Shown in pieces: positions 26,001 to 40,445 of a stretch of 64,000 nucleotides of DNA. The notes under the pieces are model-generated. The model made no database searches. It was given only the letters and a program-made list of their open reading frames with translations, and was not told the origin of the DNA. This DNA is from Octopus sinensis (taxonomy: Eukaryota): the NCBI RefSeq assembly GCF_006345805.1, contig NC_042997.1, positions 95,480,001-95,544,000 of the forward strand, written 5' to 3'. The position numbers and the translations under genes are program-made. Each line of letters opens with the position of its first letter. The first letter of the stretch is position 1.

Positions 26001-26161
26001 ACATAAGTAACCACACAGTACATATCCCGAACGGCACTTTTCCATGACTTTTAAACTCTCTAATCTTATTTTAATTGTTTAATGCTACACATATGGGCAT
26101 GCATATGCATACATATGCCGATGTATGTGAGTATGTATATATATATATATATATATATATA

Positions 26162-26797
26162 CTAGCAGTATCGCCCGGCGTTGCTCGGGTTTGTAAGGGA
26201 AATAACTATATAAGTATTTTTAGAGAGTTATAGCCAAAAAATAGCAAAAAATGCATTAAAAATGGAAAAAAATATGATGGTAAATTTTTTTTTAAATCGT
26301 TGACTCATCGTAGACATTTTTAGAGAGTTACTTCCCTTATATAATAGCGAAAAAATGCATTAAAATGGAAAAAAACGATGGTAATTTTTTTTTTAATCGT
26401 AGACTCATGTAGACACTTTCTTAGCCATTTCTGTTTTGGTGTCTTCAAGCCATGAAGTCGTTGTTCTAAAAGAACGCTGGTCTCCTTGACAACGCATTAC
26501 GACGTTGATTACCTTACACTCCCTTCCCCACAGGTGCAGGTGTGAGCGTGGACGCCAACTCCGCCGCCATCGACCCACGAAAAATTATGCATTAAAATGG
26601 AATAAAAAATGATGTTAAATTATTTTTAAAATCGTAGACTCATCGTAGACGCGCGCTAATACTCAGACGGGCTCGATATGAATCACGACTATAAGCTACC
26701 CGAATTTGGTTAAACTGCACCGCAAAATGTGGGAGTAGTTAGGAATCTAAATCGAAGGGGACAGACACTCACACAACTACAGTTTTATATATATAGA
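26162..26797 (-). mobile_element. Complete non-autonomous Helitron (636 bp)
   Basis: Minus strand starts TC (26797), ends with hairpin CCCGAGCAACGCCGGG plus GATACTG-CTAG (26162), inserted between A and T; internal subrepeats (aaatgcattaaaatgg, gactcatcgtagac). Confidence 0.85.
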
Positions 26798-26805
26798 TAT
26801 ACATA

Positions 26806-27370
26806 GCGCAGTAGTGGTGAGATGTGACAGCAAAGAAAAGCATACATTCACTCTCTGCATGCAATTAGACTCGGAAAGTTCGCGAGGAACCCATTGACCC
26901 AATTTGCTGACTTTTCCGATAGCACACAGGTCTCAATGAATGGTTGAATGACCAAATCCAAGCTTCTCTGCTAGTTCCTCAACAGTTACGATGAGATTTT
27001 GTTCCACCAGGGTTTTCAGGATGTCCTTGTCGAGTTCTACAGATCTTTCAGGATGAGGCTCGTCTTCTAGACTGTAGTTTATGGCTCGGAATTTCTGGAA
27101 CCACCATTGACACTGCCTTACGCTTATTGTCCAATCCCCATATACTGCATTAATATTTCTTGTACTTTCCGTTGCGTTGTTGTCTTTATTGAACTCATAA
27201 AGCAAAATATGCCAAATATGCTCCTTTGTTACTTCCAACATAGCTTTGAAAAAAATAGCTGTTAAAATCGAAATGCACTCTTCAAAACTTGCACTATGAA
27301 TAAGGACAAGATAAAATTACTACCTGCTTTTATAGTAAGTTAATATAAGTAGTTTATCCCATTCCCCTCT
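26806..27370 (-). mobile_element. Mariner (Mos1-like) transposase N-terminal half
   Basis: HTH region (HILLYEFNK...VRQCQWWFQKFR...LEDEP) and KLGQWVPRELS (WVPHEL motif). Confidence 0.9.
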
Positions 27371-27529
27371 GACTTTTAGTGCAAGCTGTTGAAAAAACCG
27401 CATTATTATATATATATACATACATACATACATATACACACACACTCTCTCTCTCACACACATGCACACATTTATATTCTGTTATTCTTTTATATGTTTC
27501 AGCCTTGAGGTTGTGGCCATGCTGGATCA

Positions 27530-27800
27530 TGTGTGTGTGTGTGTGTGTGTGTCTATCTGTCTGTCTGTCTGTATGTATATATGTATATATGTATATGTAT
27601 GTGTGTGAACAATAATATTTTCAACAGATGTGTTGCAAATGTATCTGATTGTTCTCAAGCTTCAATACTGTGTGTGTGTATGTGTGTGTGTGTATGTATG
27701 TATGTATATGTATGTATGTATATGTATGTATGTATGTATGTATATATGTATGTATGTGTGTGTGTATGTATGTATGTGTGTGTGTATGTATGTATGTATG

Positions 27801-27832
<32 letters not shown>

Positions 27833-27874
27833 TATGTATGTATGTATGTGTGTATGTATGTATGTGTGTGTGTA

Positions 27875-27907
<33 letters not shown>

Positions 27908-27920
27908 ATGTATGTATGAG
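27530..27920. repeat. (GT)n/(GTAT)n compound microsatellite
   Basis: Direct reading; source of several spurious VCMY-type ORFs. Confidence 0.95.
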
Positions 27921-28373
27921 TGTATGTTTACTTTATTACTAACAGAAGCCACTACGGTTATTTAATGTAAAGTCTTCCTCAAATCACTCTGTCTCGCTAT
28001 TTACTCTCTTCCAAGAACATTTTCACTCACTCTTATTTGTTAGCTTCCCATACATTTTACTCATGTATCTATCAGCGTGATAGACAGAAACAAATATTAC
28101 ATCTAGTTTCACTTTATTCGTTACACAGTGTGTGTGTGTGTGCGTTTGCGTGTGGTGTAAACCAGACTAAGAAAAGCATTTGACACACACACCAGAATGT
28201 GAGTTTTCTGTAAATTTTGCTTAATTGGAGTTTAAATTTTTAAAAACTGGACCTGGCATGACACGATGCATTGTACTCTTAAAAATTCTAGGTAAATTGT
28301 ATTTGAAGAAATGCTATATTGTAGATTTGTATAACTCCCAAAGGGAGGCAGATAAAATCTGCCTTTTATAATA

Positions 28374-28454
<81 letters not shown>

Positions 28455-28689
28455 AGTATATGCGTATGTACTTGTGCATGTATGCATGTATATGTACGTA
28501 TATGTATGTTTCTATACGCATATGTATGCATGCATGCGTGCGGGTTTGAATACACAAGTATGCAGGCTTATATAATAATGCATACGCACACACATATATA
28601 TGTACATGTGTGCGTGCGTAAATCGATATACACGTCTTTCTTTCTCTCTAATTCCTCTACCCACACTATCATATTCGCCAAGTTTAGAA

Positions 28690-29540
28690 TACCCACACTA
28701 TCACATTAGCCAATAGAATAAATACATAAGCCTGTTTATAGAAACCTGACCATTTTTAGTATTCTTCCCTTCCAATTTGTGTTTACTAGTCACTTTAGAA
28801 AACACCCCTTTTATGCCTTTTTCTGTATCCATCCATTAATACCTTTCTAACATATCACCCTACCCATACACATCACACATATTCATTATTTACATTCTTA
28901 CCTCTTCCTATCCCTCCGCCACGCCTCTCCCCCCCCCTCATAATATCTTGACCACCAACTAACACTCCTTTTTTCACATTTTTTTCATATTTTTTCACTT
29001 CCTTACATTCTTTTCATTTTCTCTTCCTCTCTCTTTCCTTCTTTTCTGACCTTTCTTTTGATTTCTCTCTTCATTTTAACATACACATCTCTTCTCCCAT
29101 CTCTATCCACTTAATACTACCATCACATTTCAAATTTTCATTCACACCACTAGACTCATGTGAATGAACAGCACATCGAATCTACGTCTCCACACTTTCC
29201 ATTTGTGATGTGGTGACAAATATGAACTCCTATTGGAATTTACATACCACGGACAAGAAGCATTTCTACCACTCAACACACCACTAAGCTTGGATAATGG
29301 AACTGCAACTATAAAATCTGTACACTATTTTAATTTCTACATTCATTCTCTTATCTCCATATATACTACTTATTTGCTTCCTTTTCCAAATTAACTCCAC
29401 ATATTTAACTCTAATATTTCCCTCTGCTTAACCATCTCACATCAGCTCAGCTCTGATCAAGGGATGTCCCTAATATTCCAGAAACAGCTGCAAGACTAAT
29501 GTTCTCTTTATAAATATCCTAAAAATTCAGCACAGCCTTG
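28690..29540 (+). mobile_element. Probable Penelope-like 3' region ending in a degenerate hammerhead (29453-29492)
   Basis: CTGATCAAG-ggatgtccctaatattcca-GAAAC-AGCT-GCA; two substitutions from CUGAUGA and ACAGCTGT. Confidence 0.4.
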
Positions 29541-31154
29541 GGTTTGTCTCATACTATTTAATATATATATATATATATATAAATATATATACGTATTTAC
29601 ACATTTATACGTGTGTATATATATGTATATATATGTATATACATTTGTACATGTATATATATATATATGTACATATGTGTGCGTGTGTGCGTGCGTGTGT
29701 GTGTAATAATGTTCTCTTGTAAATATATATACTCACTGAAGCGCAATCTATAGTCACTTAATGTTCTTACTTTTTTGGGGGATAGCTTTCCAAGTTGTTC
29801 AACTATTTATATTATCTTTTATTTGACAGTTATTCTTCGTAAACTTAATCTATTTTTGTATTTACATTGGCAGGTTAAGTGTTCATTAAGTTTTATAATT
29901 TAAATTTCAACTTCTGACGTGCCATCACAATCGTTTGTATCACCTATTTCAGCTTTTACTAAAATACCAATTTAGCATATACTTGACGTGTCAAATGTAT
30001 GAGTGAGTATATTTATATATACTATTGAAGCGCCAAAGTAATATCAATAAATGTGAATCAAGGATATTGAAATATTGAAAGTATAAAGTTTTCGATGAAA
30101 TAGCTGTCAGCAACTTTAATGCATAAATGCTATCTTCGTGCGAAATGCCCATTATCAATTTCATTTCACTGAGTTGGAATAAGTGGTTTTTTTGTTTTAT
30201 TAAATTTTTCTTCTGTGAGCGCTACATTAGTGTCATAAGCGGAGTCTTATAGATGATGACCTTCTGATATTTACAAACTGAAAAGCAAATGTAAATTAAA
30301 TTTTTTTGAGAAACATTTATGCCCCTATAATACTATCGAATATCTCTTCTTTTCACTTATGGATTTTTAATATATATTTTGTTGAAATTTCTAAAACAAA
30401 CTAATCATCTCCATCAGAAACGAGAAAGCATGTTTTTGTTGTTTTACATTTTACTTTCAAATATATTTGAACATAACATACACACTGATAATGCATACAA
30501 ACAAACGCAAAATGAGAAGTATATATGTCCACGGCTCGTTCCGTAATGAATTTAGAATTTCGATATATTATTCTGGCAAAATACACATACATAAAAAATT
30601 TCATATATGGGTATACATTTATACATATATACGTATGTGTATTCATATAAGATATACATATAAACTGGTAATCCGTCCATTATTCTGGCAAGGGTTTCAA
30701 TTGATACTATCAATAGAACAACCTCCACTTGCTCGTGAAATTAATGTGTAAGTGGTTGGGCATTCCACAGACAAATCTTTTATCCTTTACTTATTTCTGT
30801 AATTTGACTGCGGCAATATTGGGGCACCACCTTGAAGAATATTTAGTCAAATAAATCAGCCGCAATACTTAATTTTTTTGTGTTAGACCTGGTAATTATT
30901 TTCTCGTTCTTTTTTTACCAAACCATTAACTAACAGGGATGTAAACACAATAACATCGATGCTCAAGAAGTGTTGGAAACAAACACAAAGAGACATGTAT
31001 TTCCGTCTACCAAATCCACTCTTTTAGTATCTTCTACTATAGCCTAGGCTATAATAGAAGAAATAAGCCAAGTTTGTCACGCAGTGGGACTGAACCAAGG
31101 GCCATGTTAGGAAGCATGCTTCGTACTACAGCGCCTCCGCGTTAAGATTATTAT

Positions 31155-31677
31155 CATTACTCAGTGAGAGAGCAGCGCATGCCATCAAACACTGGGGTAC
31201 AAATATACGTTGCCCGATACATCCATCGTGACAACTCGTCTGATATGAGTACACCAGGCATTACAACCATATGTACGTGACATGGTGATTTCATGTCCAG
31301 ATGAACAGCGCATGAACTTACTGGTGGGGCCCGGTTATAATTCTCATCACGTTAAATAGCCTGTCGTACCCAAAAGGTCCTTGAATGAGGGTTGTTTATG
31401 GATGATGAATGACACACAGATATTTCCAAAGGTGAATTATTCAAGCCCACAAGGAATTTCTCGCAACACATAGCTATGATGCGCCCCCAGCTAATTCTGC
31501 TCGTGATCAGAGATGCATATATCATCAGCCACCAAGTGCCAATGCTCAACTGGTTAAGGTGAAATAATTGACAATCAAATATGTGGTATTGTACAGAATA
31601 TTTATTGTAGCCCATTTTTATACCAAAACAGAACATATACATCATAAAACTTCCAATAAATTCTTCTTATTATTAAA

Positions 31678-31739
<62 letters not shown>

Positions 31740-31745
31740 CATCAC

Positions 31746-31838
<93 letters not shown>

Positions 31839-33378
31839 CATTGAAGGCGGTGAGCTGGCAGAATCGTTAGAATGCCGGGCGAAATGCTTAGCGGTATTTC
31901 GTCTGCCACTACGTTCTGAGTTCAAATTCTGTCGACGTCGAGTTTACCTTTCATCCTTTCGGGCTCGATAAATTAAGCACCATTGGAGTACTGGGGTTGA
32001 TATAATCAGCTAGCCTCTCTCAAACTTTCAGGCTTTGTACCTATAGTATAAAGAATTATTAATATTATTGATGTTAGTGTTGTCATATTTCGTCTGCCGC
32101 TACGTTGTGAGTTCAAATTCCGCCTAAATGGATTTCGTCTTTCATCTATTCTGGGTCGGTAAATTAAGTATCAGTGAAATACTGGAGTCGATATAATCAA
32201 CTATACCCTTCTCCACAAATCCAAGGCCTTGTACCTACAGTGGAAATGATTATTATTATCATTGAGTGAGCGAGCAGAGCATGCCATCAAAGTGACACTG
32301 GGGTAAAATATACGAAGCCCAGTATACCCATCATGACTACCCGTCTGATAAGGGTACACCAGGCACATGCATCACAACCATATGTGCGCGACATGGTGAT
32401 TTCATATCAAGATAAACAGCACATGACCTTGCAGGTGGAGCCCAGTTAGAATTTTCTTCAGATCGAGTAACCCATCCCGCTCAAAAGGTCCCTGAATAAG
32501 GGTTGTTTAAGGACGTTGAACGAAACACCCATGTTTCCAGGGGTGAATTATTCAAACCCCAAAGAATCCTTCTCAACACATGGCTATGATGCTCCCCCAC
32601 TACTTCTGCTCGTGATCAGAGATGCACATATCGTCAGCCACTAAGGGACATGCTCAACAGGTTACGGTCAAACAACTGACAAGCAAATCTGTGGTATTGA
32701 GCAGAATATTTGCTGTAGCCCATCTTTTATACCAAGACAAAACAATGTACATGATAACACTTCCAATCAGTCAAGATCAGAAGCCATGAGAGCCACTGCC
32801 TTATTATCATCATTATTATTATTATTATTATTGAGTGAGCGAGCAGAGCATGCCATCAAAGTGACACTGGGGTAAAATATACGAAGCCCAGTATACCCAT
32901 CATGACTACCCGTCTGATAAGGGTACACCAGGCACATGCATCACAACCATATGTGCGCGACATGGTGATCTCATATCAAGATAAACAGCACATGACCTTG
33001 CAGGTGGAGCCCAGTTAGAATTTTCTTCAGATCGAGTAACCCATCCCGCTCAAAAGGTCCTTGAATAAGGGTTATTTAAGGACGTTGAACGAAACACCCA
33101 TGTTTCCAGAGGTGAATTATTCAAACCCCAAAGAATCCTTCTCAACACATGGTTATGATGCTCCCCCACTACTTCTGCTCGTGATCAGAGATGCACATAT
33201 CGTCAGCCACTAAGGGACATGCTCAACTGGTTAAGGTCAAACAACTAACAAGCAAATCTGTGGTATTGAGCAGAATATTTGCTGTAGCCCATCTTTTATA
33301 CCAAGACAAAACAATGTACATGATAACACTTCCAATCAGTTAAGATCAGAAGGCATGAGAGCCACTGCCTGGTACTGC
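31155..33378 (-). mobile_element. Three ~500-550-bp copies of a non-LTR retroelement 3' end (31155-31650, 32258-32800, 32828-33378), interleaved with SINEs and microsatellites
   Basis: gagtgag..agcag.gcatgccatcaaa...acactggggt...gatcagagatgca.atat...gtggtattg.....atattt repeated; each abuts an (ATT)n tail. Confidence 0.7.
31845..32250 (+). mobile_element. tRNA-derived SINE(s)
   Basis: aaggcggtgagctggcagaatcgttag...gagttcaaattc (B-box-like) ...gataaattaag...ggggttgatataatc; second partial copy at 32085-32245. Confidence 0.6.
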
Positions 33379-33379
33379 A

Positions 33380-33540
<161 letters not shown>

Positions 33541-34035
33541 GTATTTACTGTTATTATTTATTGGTGTTTTCAATATCAGTGGTGGTGGTAGCTCCGTTGT
33601 TATTGTTTTTGCTATGGTTGTTACAGTTGTTGTTTTGCTGTTGTAGTAACTACATACTGAAGTCATGATGGCTTTGTTGTTATTATCGTAATTCGACAAT
33701 TTGTAACTTAAATTGATGGACAATGCATATTAGTGGAGAATATGCTGGCTTTAACGGACGTGGACCCACCAGTAGCGAGCGCCGAGTAAGTAGGACGATT
33801 CTGAACTATCCGATGTTGAGGGAATCATCCTGGGGTTGTCGTTATGTTTTCTGTGGAAGTGAGACAAAAAAGAAGAATTTTGCCTATACCTGTATCTGAG
33901 GCATTTTGTATATTGTGTATTCGTATAATGCAGCTTACTCAAACGAAAGAACTCCCCCCACACGCACATAGCAGATAGATACACAGACACGCACATCCTT
34001 GCATTCATACAGCAGAGACGCACACAGAGGTACAC

Positions 34036-34227
34036 ACCGATGACTGCAATTGTTGTCGTTTGAACACCAGCCACAGCATGAGATTCCACCAACATTCTGT
34101 CCAGCGTCTTTGATGGCGCGGTAATATCAACAACACCATGTGATCTGCCTTTCCCAATATCAGCCCATATTCCAGCAGTAATTTGAACTTCATACAGTTC
34201 GCCAATCTGTCGCCTGAGCCAGGTGAA
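34036..34227 (-). other. Candidate coding exon of unknown gene
   Basis: After ttag, 64 open codons FTWLRRQIGELYEVQITAGIWADIGKGRSHGVVDITAPSKTLDRMLVESHAVAGVQTTTIAVIG with protein-like composition; all three plus-strand frames contain stops; no family recognised. Confidence 0.25.
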
Positions 34228-34975
34228 CTAACCTCGCCTACGAAACTTTAAGTTGAGAGGTACAGAACGAATGTTTTTCGTAATAAATGCAACTCCTGCA
34301 AAATGCGTCGATGGTCTAATTCATTCGTCAACTCTTTCGTGTGTGTGTGTGTGGTGTGTGTGTGTTGTGTGTGTGCATGTGCTGCGTGTGTGTATGTGTT
34401 GCTTGTGTGTATGAGTTGCGTGTTTGTATTATTGGTAAACAAACCAGAAAGGCTTTGTAATTTATGGGCAGAAAGCTACTATGGAACACTCAGTAATTGA
34501 TGTGTCAGCATTTGTTCCAATTGGATGCGTAAGGAGACGTGCTAGTGTTGATTTTCGGGTTCGATTCTAGCTAGAGTTAGCTCAGTATTTGTCGGTCATT
34601 TGTATTTAAATATTGTCACTTTAAATCGGAGACTTTTTATTATTATTATATATTATTATTATTATATATTATATATTATTTATTATTATTATATATTATT
34701 AAACATTTATCCATATACTATGAGCCTTCCATAGTAGATTTCTCTTCCTAACTTTCAAAGCCATTCTAGTTTGTTTACAAATATTATATGTAGTATTAGA
34801 CAGTTTAAGTATATATTCATTAAATATCGCTGAAATTGATAGGTGAGTGTTTGGCCCATTCAGATACGCCAGGAGCCGTGTTAGCGTTGATTTGTGGGTT
34901 CCATTCTGGCTAGGGTTAGCTCATCAGTTTTTCGGTCTTTGCGCTTTATTTTATAAAGTGTTGCTTCAAATCAGT

Positions 34976-35023
<48 letters not shown>

Positions 35024-35578
35024 GAGGAGGATAAAATAAATCCCTTTCCGGAGTGGTATACACTCATACAACCGGATTCTCCTACTCCACACCGGACAGG
35101 AAACAGGATTACTCATGTTTGCCTGATGAGTGCAGCAATGTTAAAAGAAGTATTTTTTCAAGTGCAAAGCGTGTAGCCTAGTCTAGGAATCGACACCACA
35201 ATCTTACGATGATATTCAAACACATTATATAGTAAGCTACTCGCTTCTACATATATTAATTTGTGCACACACATACACTCACGCACGTGTGAGTTTGTTA
35301 TTAAGTTTAATTACATACATATATGTCTATATTTTTACAAGTATTTATTACTTATCAAATTGGTTTATTGATGCTTGAGAAAAGCAACCTACTAACAGTA
35401 ATCAGTGTTGACATATTCTGGAATTAAAATCAGCAACATCATCCAGCTTGAATAAATGAGTTAATTTCGCATCAATTAGATTCGTGAAATATAGCAATGC
35501 TAGACATTCAATATTTCATAGATATTAACTAAATATTTTAAATATTCAGTTGTGTGTGTCTGTATCTCTATCTATCTA

Positions 35579-35615
<37 letters not shown>

Positions 35616-36131
35616 ATATATATATATATTATATATATATATATTGCAACCGTAACGGTTTTTTTTAAATATACTGCCCACGCTTCCTGATGAATTCCTT
35701 TGCTGTAGAGTAAGGGACTTCATCCTATATTGCTTAGTAGTAAACTCGATGCTTGCTACAGGAGGACTGGTAACCATTACAATTTGTAGCGGCGAAAGGT
35801 CTGGACGTTGTTTTCTGAGGCTGACCAAGAATTTTTATTTTTAGATATAAGTGATGTACTCAAGTGTAGTTATGTTTTTAGCTTGTGCTTTTTCCATGAT
35901 CATACGTGAGTATTTTATTTATATCCCATCGAAAGTTCTACTGAAGAAGGATATATCTTTTTTTATAAGATTAAGTCCGAAATTGATTCAATATAGAGAT
36001 AACGAAATTTAAATTTTCTAAAGGTTAGTTGCCCGTTTTCAGTTTCAATTTTCCTGTAACAAGCGGATTATAAGTGGATAAAACAGTGTATTTGGCTTTA
36101 GAATAACCCTCTTTAGCCCTTAATTATATGA

Positions 36132-36194
<63 letters not shown>

Positions 36195-38863
36195 ATATAT
36201 ATATAATATATATATATGCCTATATAATATATATATAATATATATATATAACATATGTGTATATATATCTATATATATTCAGAATATAGTTAAGAGGTTG
36301 CATGCGAGTAATACATTTTGCCTAAAAAATAGAAAAACAAAGTAGTGTGAGAGTTTTATCATGGAATAAAGTGAGAAAATATGTTGATTTTTATGCAAAT
36401 AAGTTACAGGTTTCAGTGTCTTTAAGAATAATATTTAATTATGCGGCAATAAAATTATAATTAAATTGAAATATATTAAATGAAAATATATTCCTCAATA
36501 TAAGTTGTAGATATTTACATATTTTCCCTATATCATGGTGACGTTTCGTTTCTTTCTTATGGATGCTTCTTAATAGAAGCAGTAACAGTTGTCGCCATGG
36601 CTGTTTCCGAAAGGGATAGTACGTAGGTCTATAAAATGCAGTATGGACAGGAGCAGGTGTGTCAGTGGCTTTGGAAGTCGTCAATCTAATGTTGCAGTAG
36701 CGTTCGTTGTCATTATCTCCCTTCGTCTCTCACAGTCATTCGAACGTGGCTGGAATTTGGTTACGAATTTTAATTTTTCATTTATGCATTGTTGCCAAGC
36801 TATGTAATCGCAAAACTGATATAATGGGAAAATTGGTAAAGATTTTGTTTTTTTCTTAGCTGCACGTATGTGTATATGCTTACTAAATACTTATACAGAA
36901 ATAAGGATTTCAGTAGAAACTGTGATTTGTTCAATACTTCTGGTTTGTATAAAATGTAGATCAGTTGTATCGATGGCTGCAAATACAAGACGCCTGTACT
37001 TCAGTAATTACAGAAAATAACCTAGCATTCAAGAGCTGCAGCACATCTTCCTTTCAATTCATTCCACTTGATATATTTGTGGAATAACTGTTTGACAATG
37101 TTCGTGTTTTGATTCATTTAGTATCGCTTTCATAACAGCGTCATTTGAGAAACAAATCAACGGAAAAAGATTTTTTTCCCAAATCTTATAACATAGGAAG
37201 AAATATATTCTAGAGATGTCATCTCAAATATATTGCTGTAAAAATCCTGCAAATTGAGATATTTTGCTATTTTAAAAATGTTCTTTAAAAATCTCTACGC
37301 CAATATTTTATATATGTAATGTTCTATACGAAACAAAAAGGAAAGGGGTTTGAGAATGAAGTATAATTTCACGTTGTATAGTAGAGGAATAAATGCGCTT
37401 TTGTGCATAAAATTTTATTACTCTATATCTCCAAACAACATATTTCCGTTATATCACTTATTCTATTCAAACGTCTTCCTTCTTGTATGCGGAATGAAAC
37501 AACTGAGTTTTCGTTCATTAGAAATCGGTTGTTGCTCGCACATAAGTAATGTTGCATATTTTCATAAAAGATATCTGATCGATTTGTTTTGTTTTCACAT
37601 AATTTATCACCTTTTAGTTTTTGGATATATGTGGTTTCTGTGGATAACGACTTCGCGTATGACTCGGTGTATTCCAATTTGTGTCTTTTGATTGTAATGC
37701 CACAAATCGTTATACCAGACAACATTTCTTGCAATTATTGTTTCAATTATCCTTATTACAATCTTTTATAAATTTCAATGGCAGTGTATCAAGGTCACGA
37801 GACGAGAGCGTTTTTCTTATTTGCAAGTTATCGGAAGTAGAAATATAAAACCATCTGTATGATGGTTGAATATAACTCAGGAATGTTGTCAGCTGTTCTC
37901 ATTTTACCAATATAACAACTCGAATGGGATTTGCAGTAATCTTACAGTGTAACGCTATTTAACTATGTTTACTACGTTCCAATATTAAGTACTGCTAAAT
38001 AGACATTAGAATAGGCTTTCATTATTCTGATCTCTATCCATGATATAACAGTCAAATGATGTGTGGCTTTCGTGGACTATTCCTCCACACTTTTGAGATG
38101 TTATGCCTATATTAGAAATAAATGTTGATAGTAATGTACTATGTTTAATCTTTATCGTTATCTCTTATTTATTATGTTGCCTAAAAGACGTAAATGTTGA
38201 ATACAAACCAAGGTCTTTCTTTTAAACAATTGTTTCCTTGTCCAATCTTTTAAGAATTCCTACTACAACAACTTGGATAGATAAAGAGGTTTCTGACAAG
38301 CTTGTCAGCACTCGTTTTCTTGTACTTGTAGTGAAATTAATTCTGCTTTTAGTTCTCCCCTCTTTACCAAAGTGGAAAATATATTTCTGGAAGACTGTAA
38401 TGACATTTCTAACATAAGTAATCTTGTTAAGAGTTCTTCTGTACATTTATGGTAATCTAATTCAGATATTCGGCATTCAAATCAGTTATATATTTGCTCG
38501 AAATTTAAGAGATATTTTTAAACAAATTCGTAATTTCATGACAAAGTATTAGGGATGTTCAATGAAGTTGATGTCATTATTGATATATTTCAACTTGGTT
38601 ATATTAAAGCCATTTTTGTTTATATAAAATGAGTGTGTCCACAATCAATTGTGACACTATAAATCACATGAATTGAAAGTTATTTCATAAATGATGATAT
38701 TGATGGTAAGCAAAAGTACATTTTCATACATATTTTATTTGGATGATGGGCATTGTTTTGAGATGTTCTTGAATCAGATTCGATCGTGAATTATTCTTTT
38801 GTCAGTATGTTTTCGGGTATTTCTTGAAGATTCTTAGCGGAATTCGTTGAGAGTTGGTATTAT

Positions 38864-38953
<90 letters not shown>

Positions 38954-40044
38954 TATATATATATATATATATAATATATATATATATATACATATATGTA
39001 TGTATGTATTATCTGTTGATTAGGAAATTTTATTGTTATACAGTTTGGGAAGGAAAATACAGCAGGTCCTATAAATTTAAAATAGAGAGGTTATACACAC
39101 ACACACACACACACACACACAGATGCGATTTTAAAAAAATTATTTTTCTCTTAATTATTATTATGATATACTTTATAGCCCTATGTATCAGTGAAATTGA
39201 TGTTACATTTCTGATGACAATACAAATGGTAAACACATAGAAAATAAAATTTTATGGCACTAACAGTGAAGGTTATCGCCAGCGAAGTGCGTATGATTCT
39301 TAATTATACATATGCTTTAATATATTATTATTTTACCTACATTATATGTTATATTACTGTTTTGTCCACATTCTTAATTCCGACTGAAACAAATATACGT
39401 GTTAAGCATCTCGGGTAATTTGATGATATAATCTAATAATATCATAATGTGAAACTCAAGTATATGTATTTAACTTTTGTCATATAATTCAAACTGCGCT
39501 CATCTGTCTTATATCCCGATACTTGGCTCTAAAACCACACGCAGGCAAAACAGTTGAGAAATGTGACAGTACATGTCTGTGACTTTCGGCAGATAGATAT
39601 ATAGAGAGATGAAATGAGAGATATAGGTAGGGAGATAGGGATGGATAGAGAGATATAGAGAGAGAGATACAGAGAAATAGAAAGAGACGGACAGAGAGAT
39701 ATAGATGGAGAGATACAGATGGATAGAGAGATATAAATGGAGAGATATTGACGTCACTGACGCTAGAAAATCGGAAGTAAATATTTTTAAAAACAATCAA
39801 AGATGTGAATGTAATATAAAAACCAATGTCTTTTATTTTTAATTTTAAAAAAAAATCAAAGTTAGAGCCTAACATGTCTCCGAGTTCAAATTATTCACGC
39901 ATCCCAGTTGTGGAAGTAATTGGTGAAGCCGTTTTCGTACGAAAAGTGAATACACACACATCTCTATTTTATATATTCGATGAGATTGTGATAATACAGT
40001 TCTATATTTAAGAGATGAGGAATTATGTACATTATTTACATTGT

Positions 40045-40445
40045 TATTTGACAGATATTTGTCCTCATTTAGTTTGTTGTTAACACAACGTTTCGGCTGA
40101 TATACCCTCCAGCCTTCATCAGGTGTTTTGGGGAAATTTTGAACCTGGGTTCTCGTTCCTAAGGTATTTTTATGTAGCTGTTTTTATTATTATTATTATT
40201 ATTATTCAGGTCACTACCTGGGATCGAACTCAGAATCTTAGGGTTAGCAGCCCGCGCACTTAACCCCTACGCCATATGCCCGTGAGCAATTATGGAGTGA
40301 ATTTTAGGGGGCTTATAAATCTAATGAGAACCCTTAGGAATGAGTACCCAAGTTCAAAATGTCCCCAAGGCAGGTGATAAAGGCTGGAGGATATAGAAGC
40401 CGAAACGTTGTGTTAACAAACAAGATGAGGACAAATATCCGTAAA
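40045..40445. repeat. Inverted pair of PLE-type termini (40045-40170 and 40330-40445) around a tRNA-like SINE head
   Basis: atatttgtcctcat...taacacaacgtttcggct...ccagccttcatc is mirrored by gataaaggctgg...agccgaaacgttgtgttaac...atgaggacaaatat. Confidence 0.7.
40082..40127 (-). ncRNA. Minimal type I hammerhead ribozyme of Penelope-like type
   Basis: AACAC-CUGAUGA-A-GGCUG-gagggUaUaU-CAGCC-GAAAC-GUU-GUGUU: helix I 5 bp, helix II 5 bp, loop-less helix III in palindrome AACGUU. Confidence 0.75.

Noticed and set aside
27379-28709. Many ORFs of CV/YI/HT repeats (also 38802-39240, 53140-56541, 31568-31925, 33355-33723)
   Set aside because: They are translations of (CA)n, (TA)n, (GTAT)n and (ATT)n microsatellites, not genes.
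35925-36000. CTGAAGAAG...CCGAAATTGATT hammerhead-like string
   Set aside because: No convincing helix I and a poor helix II.
36530-36590. Minus-strand CGAAACGTC
   Set aside because: No CUGANGA core upstream.
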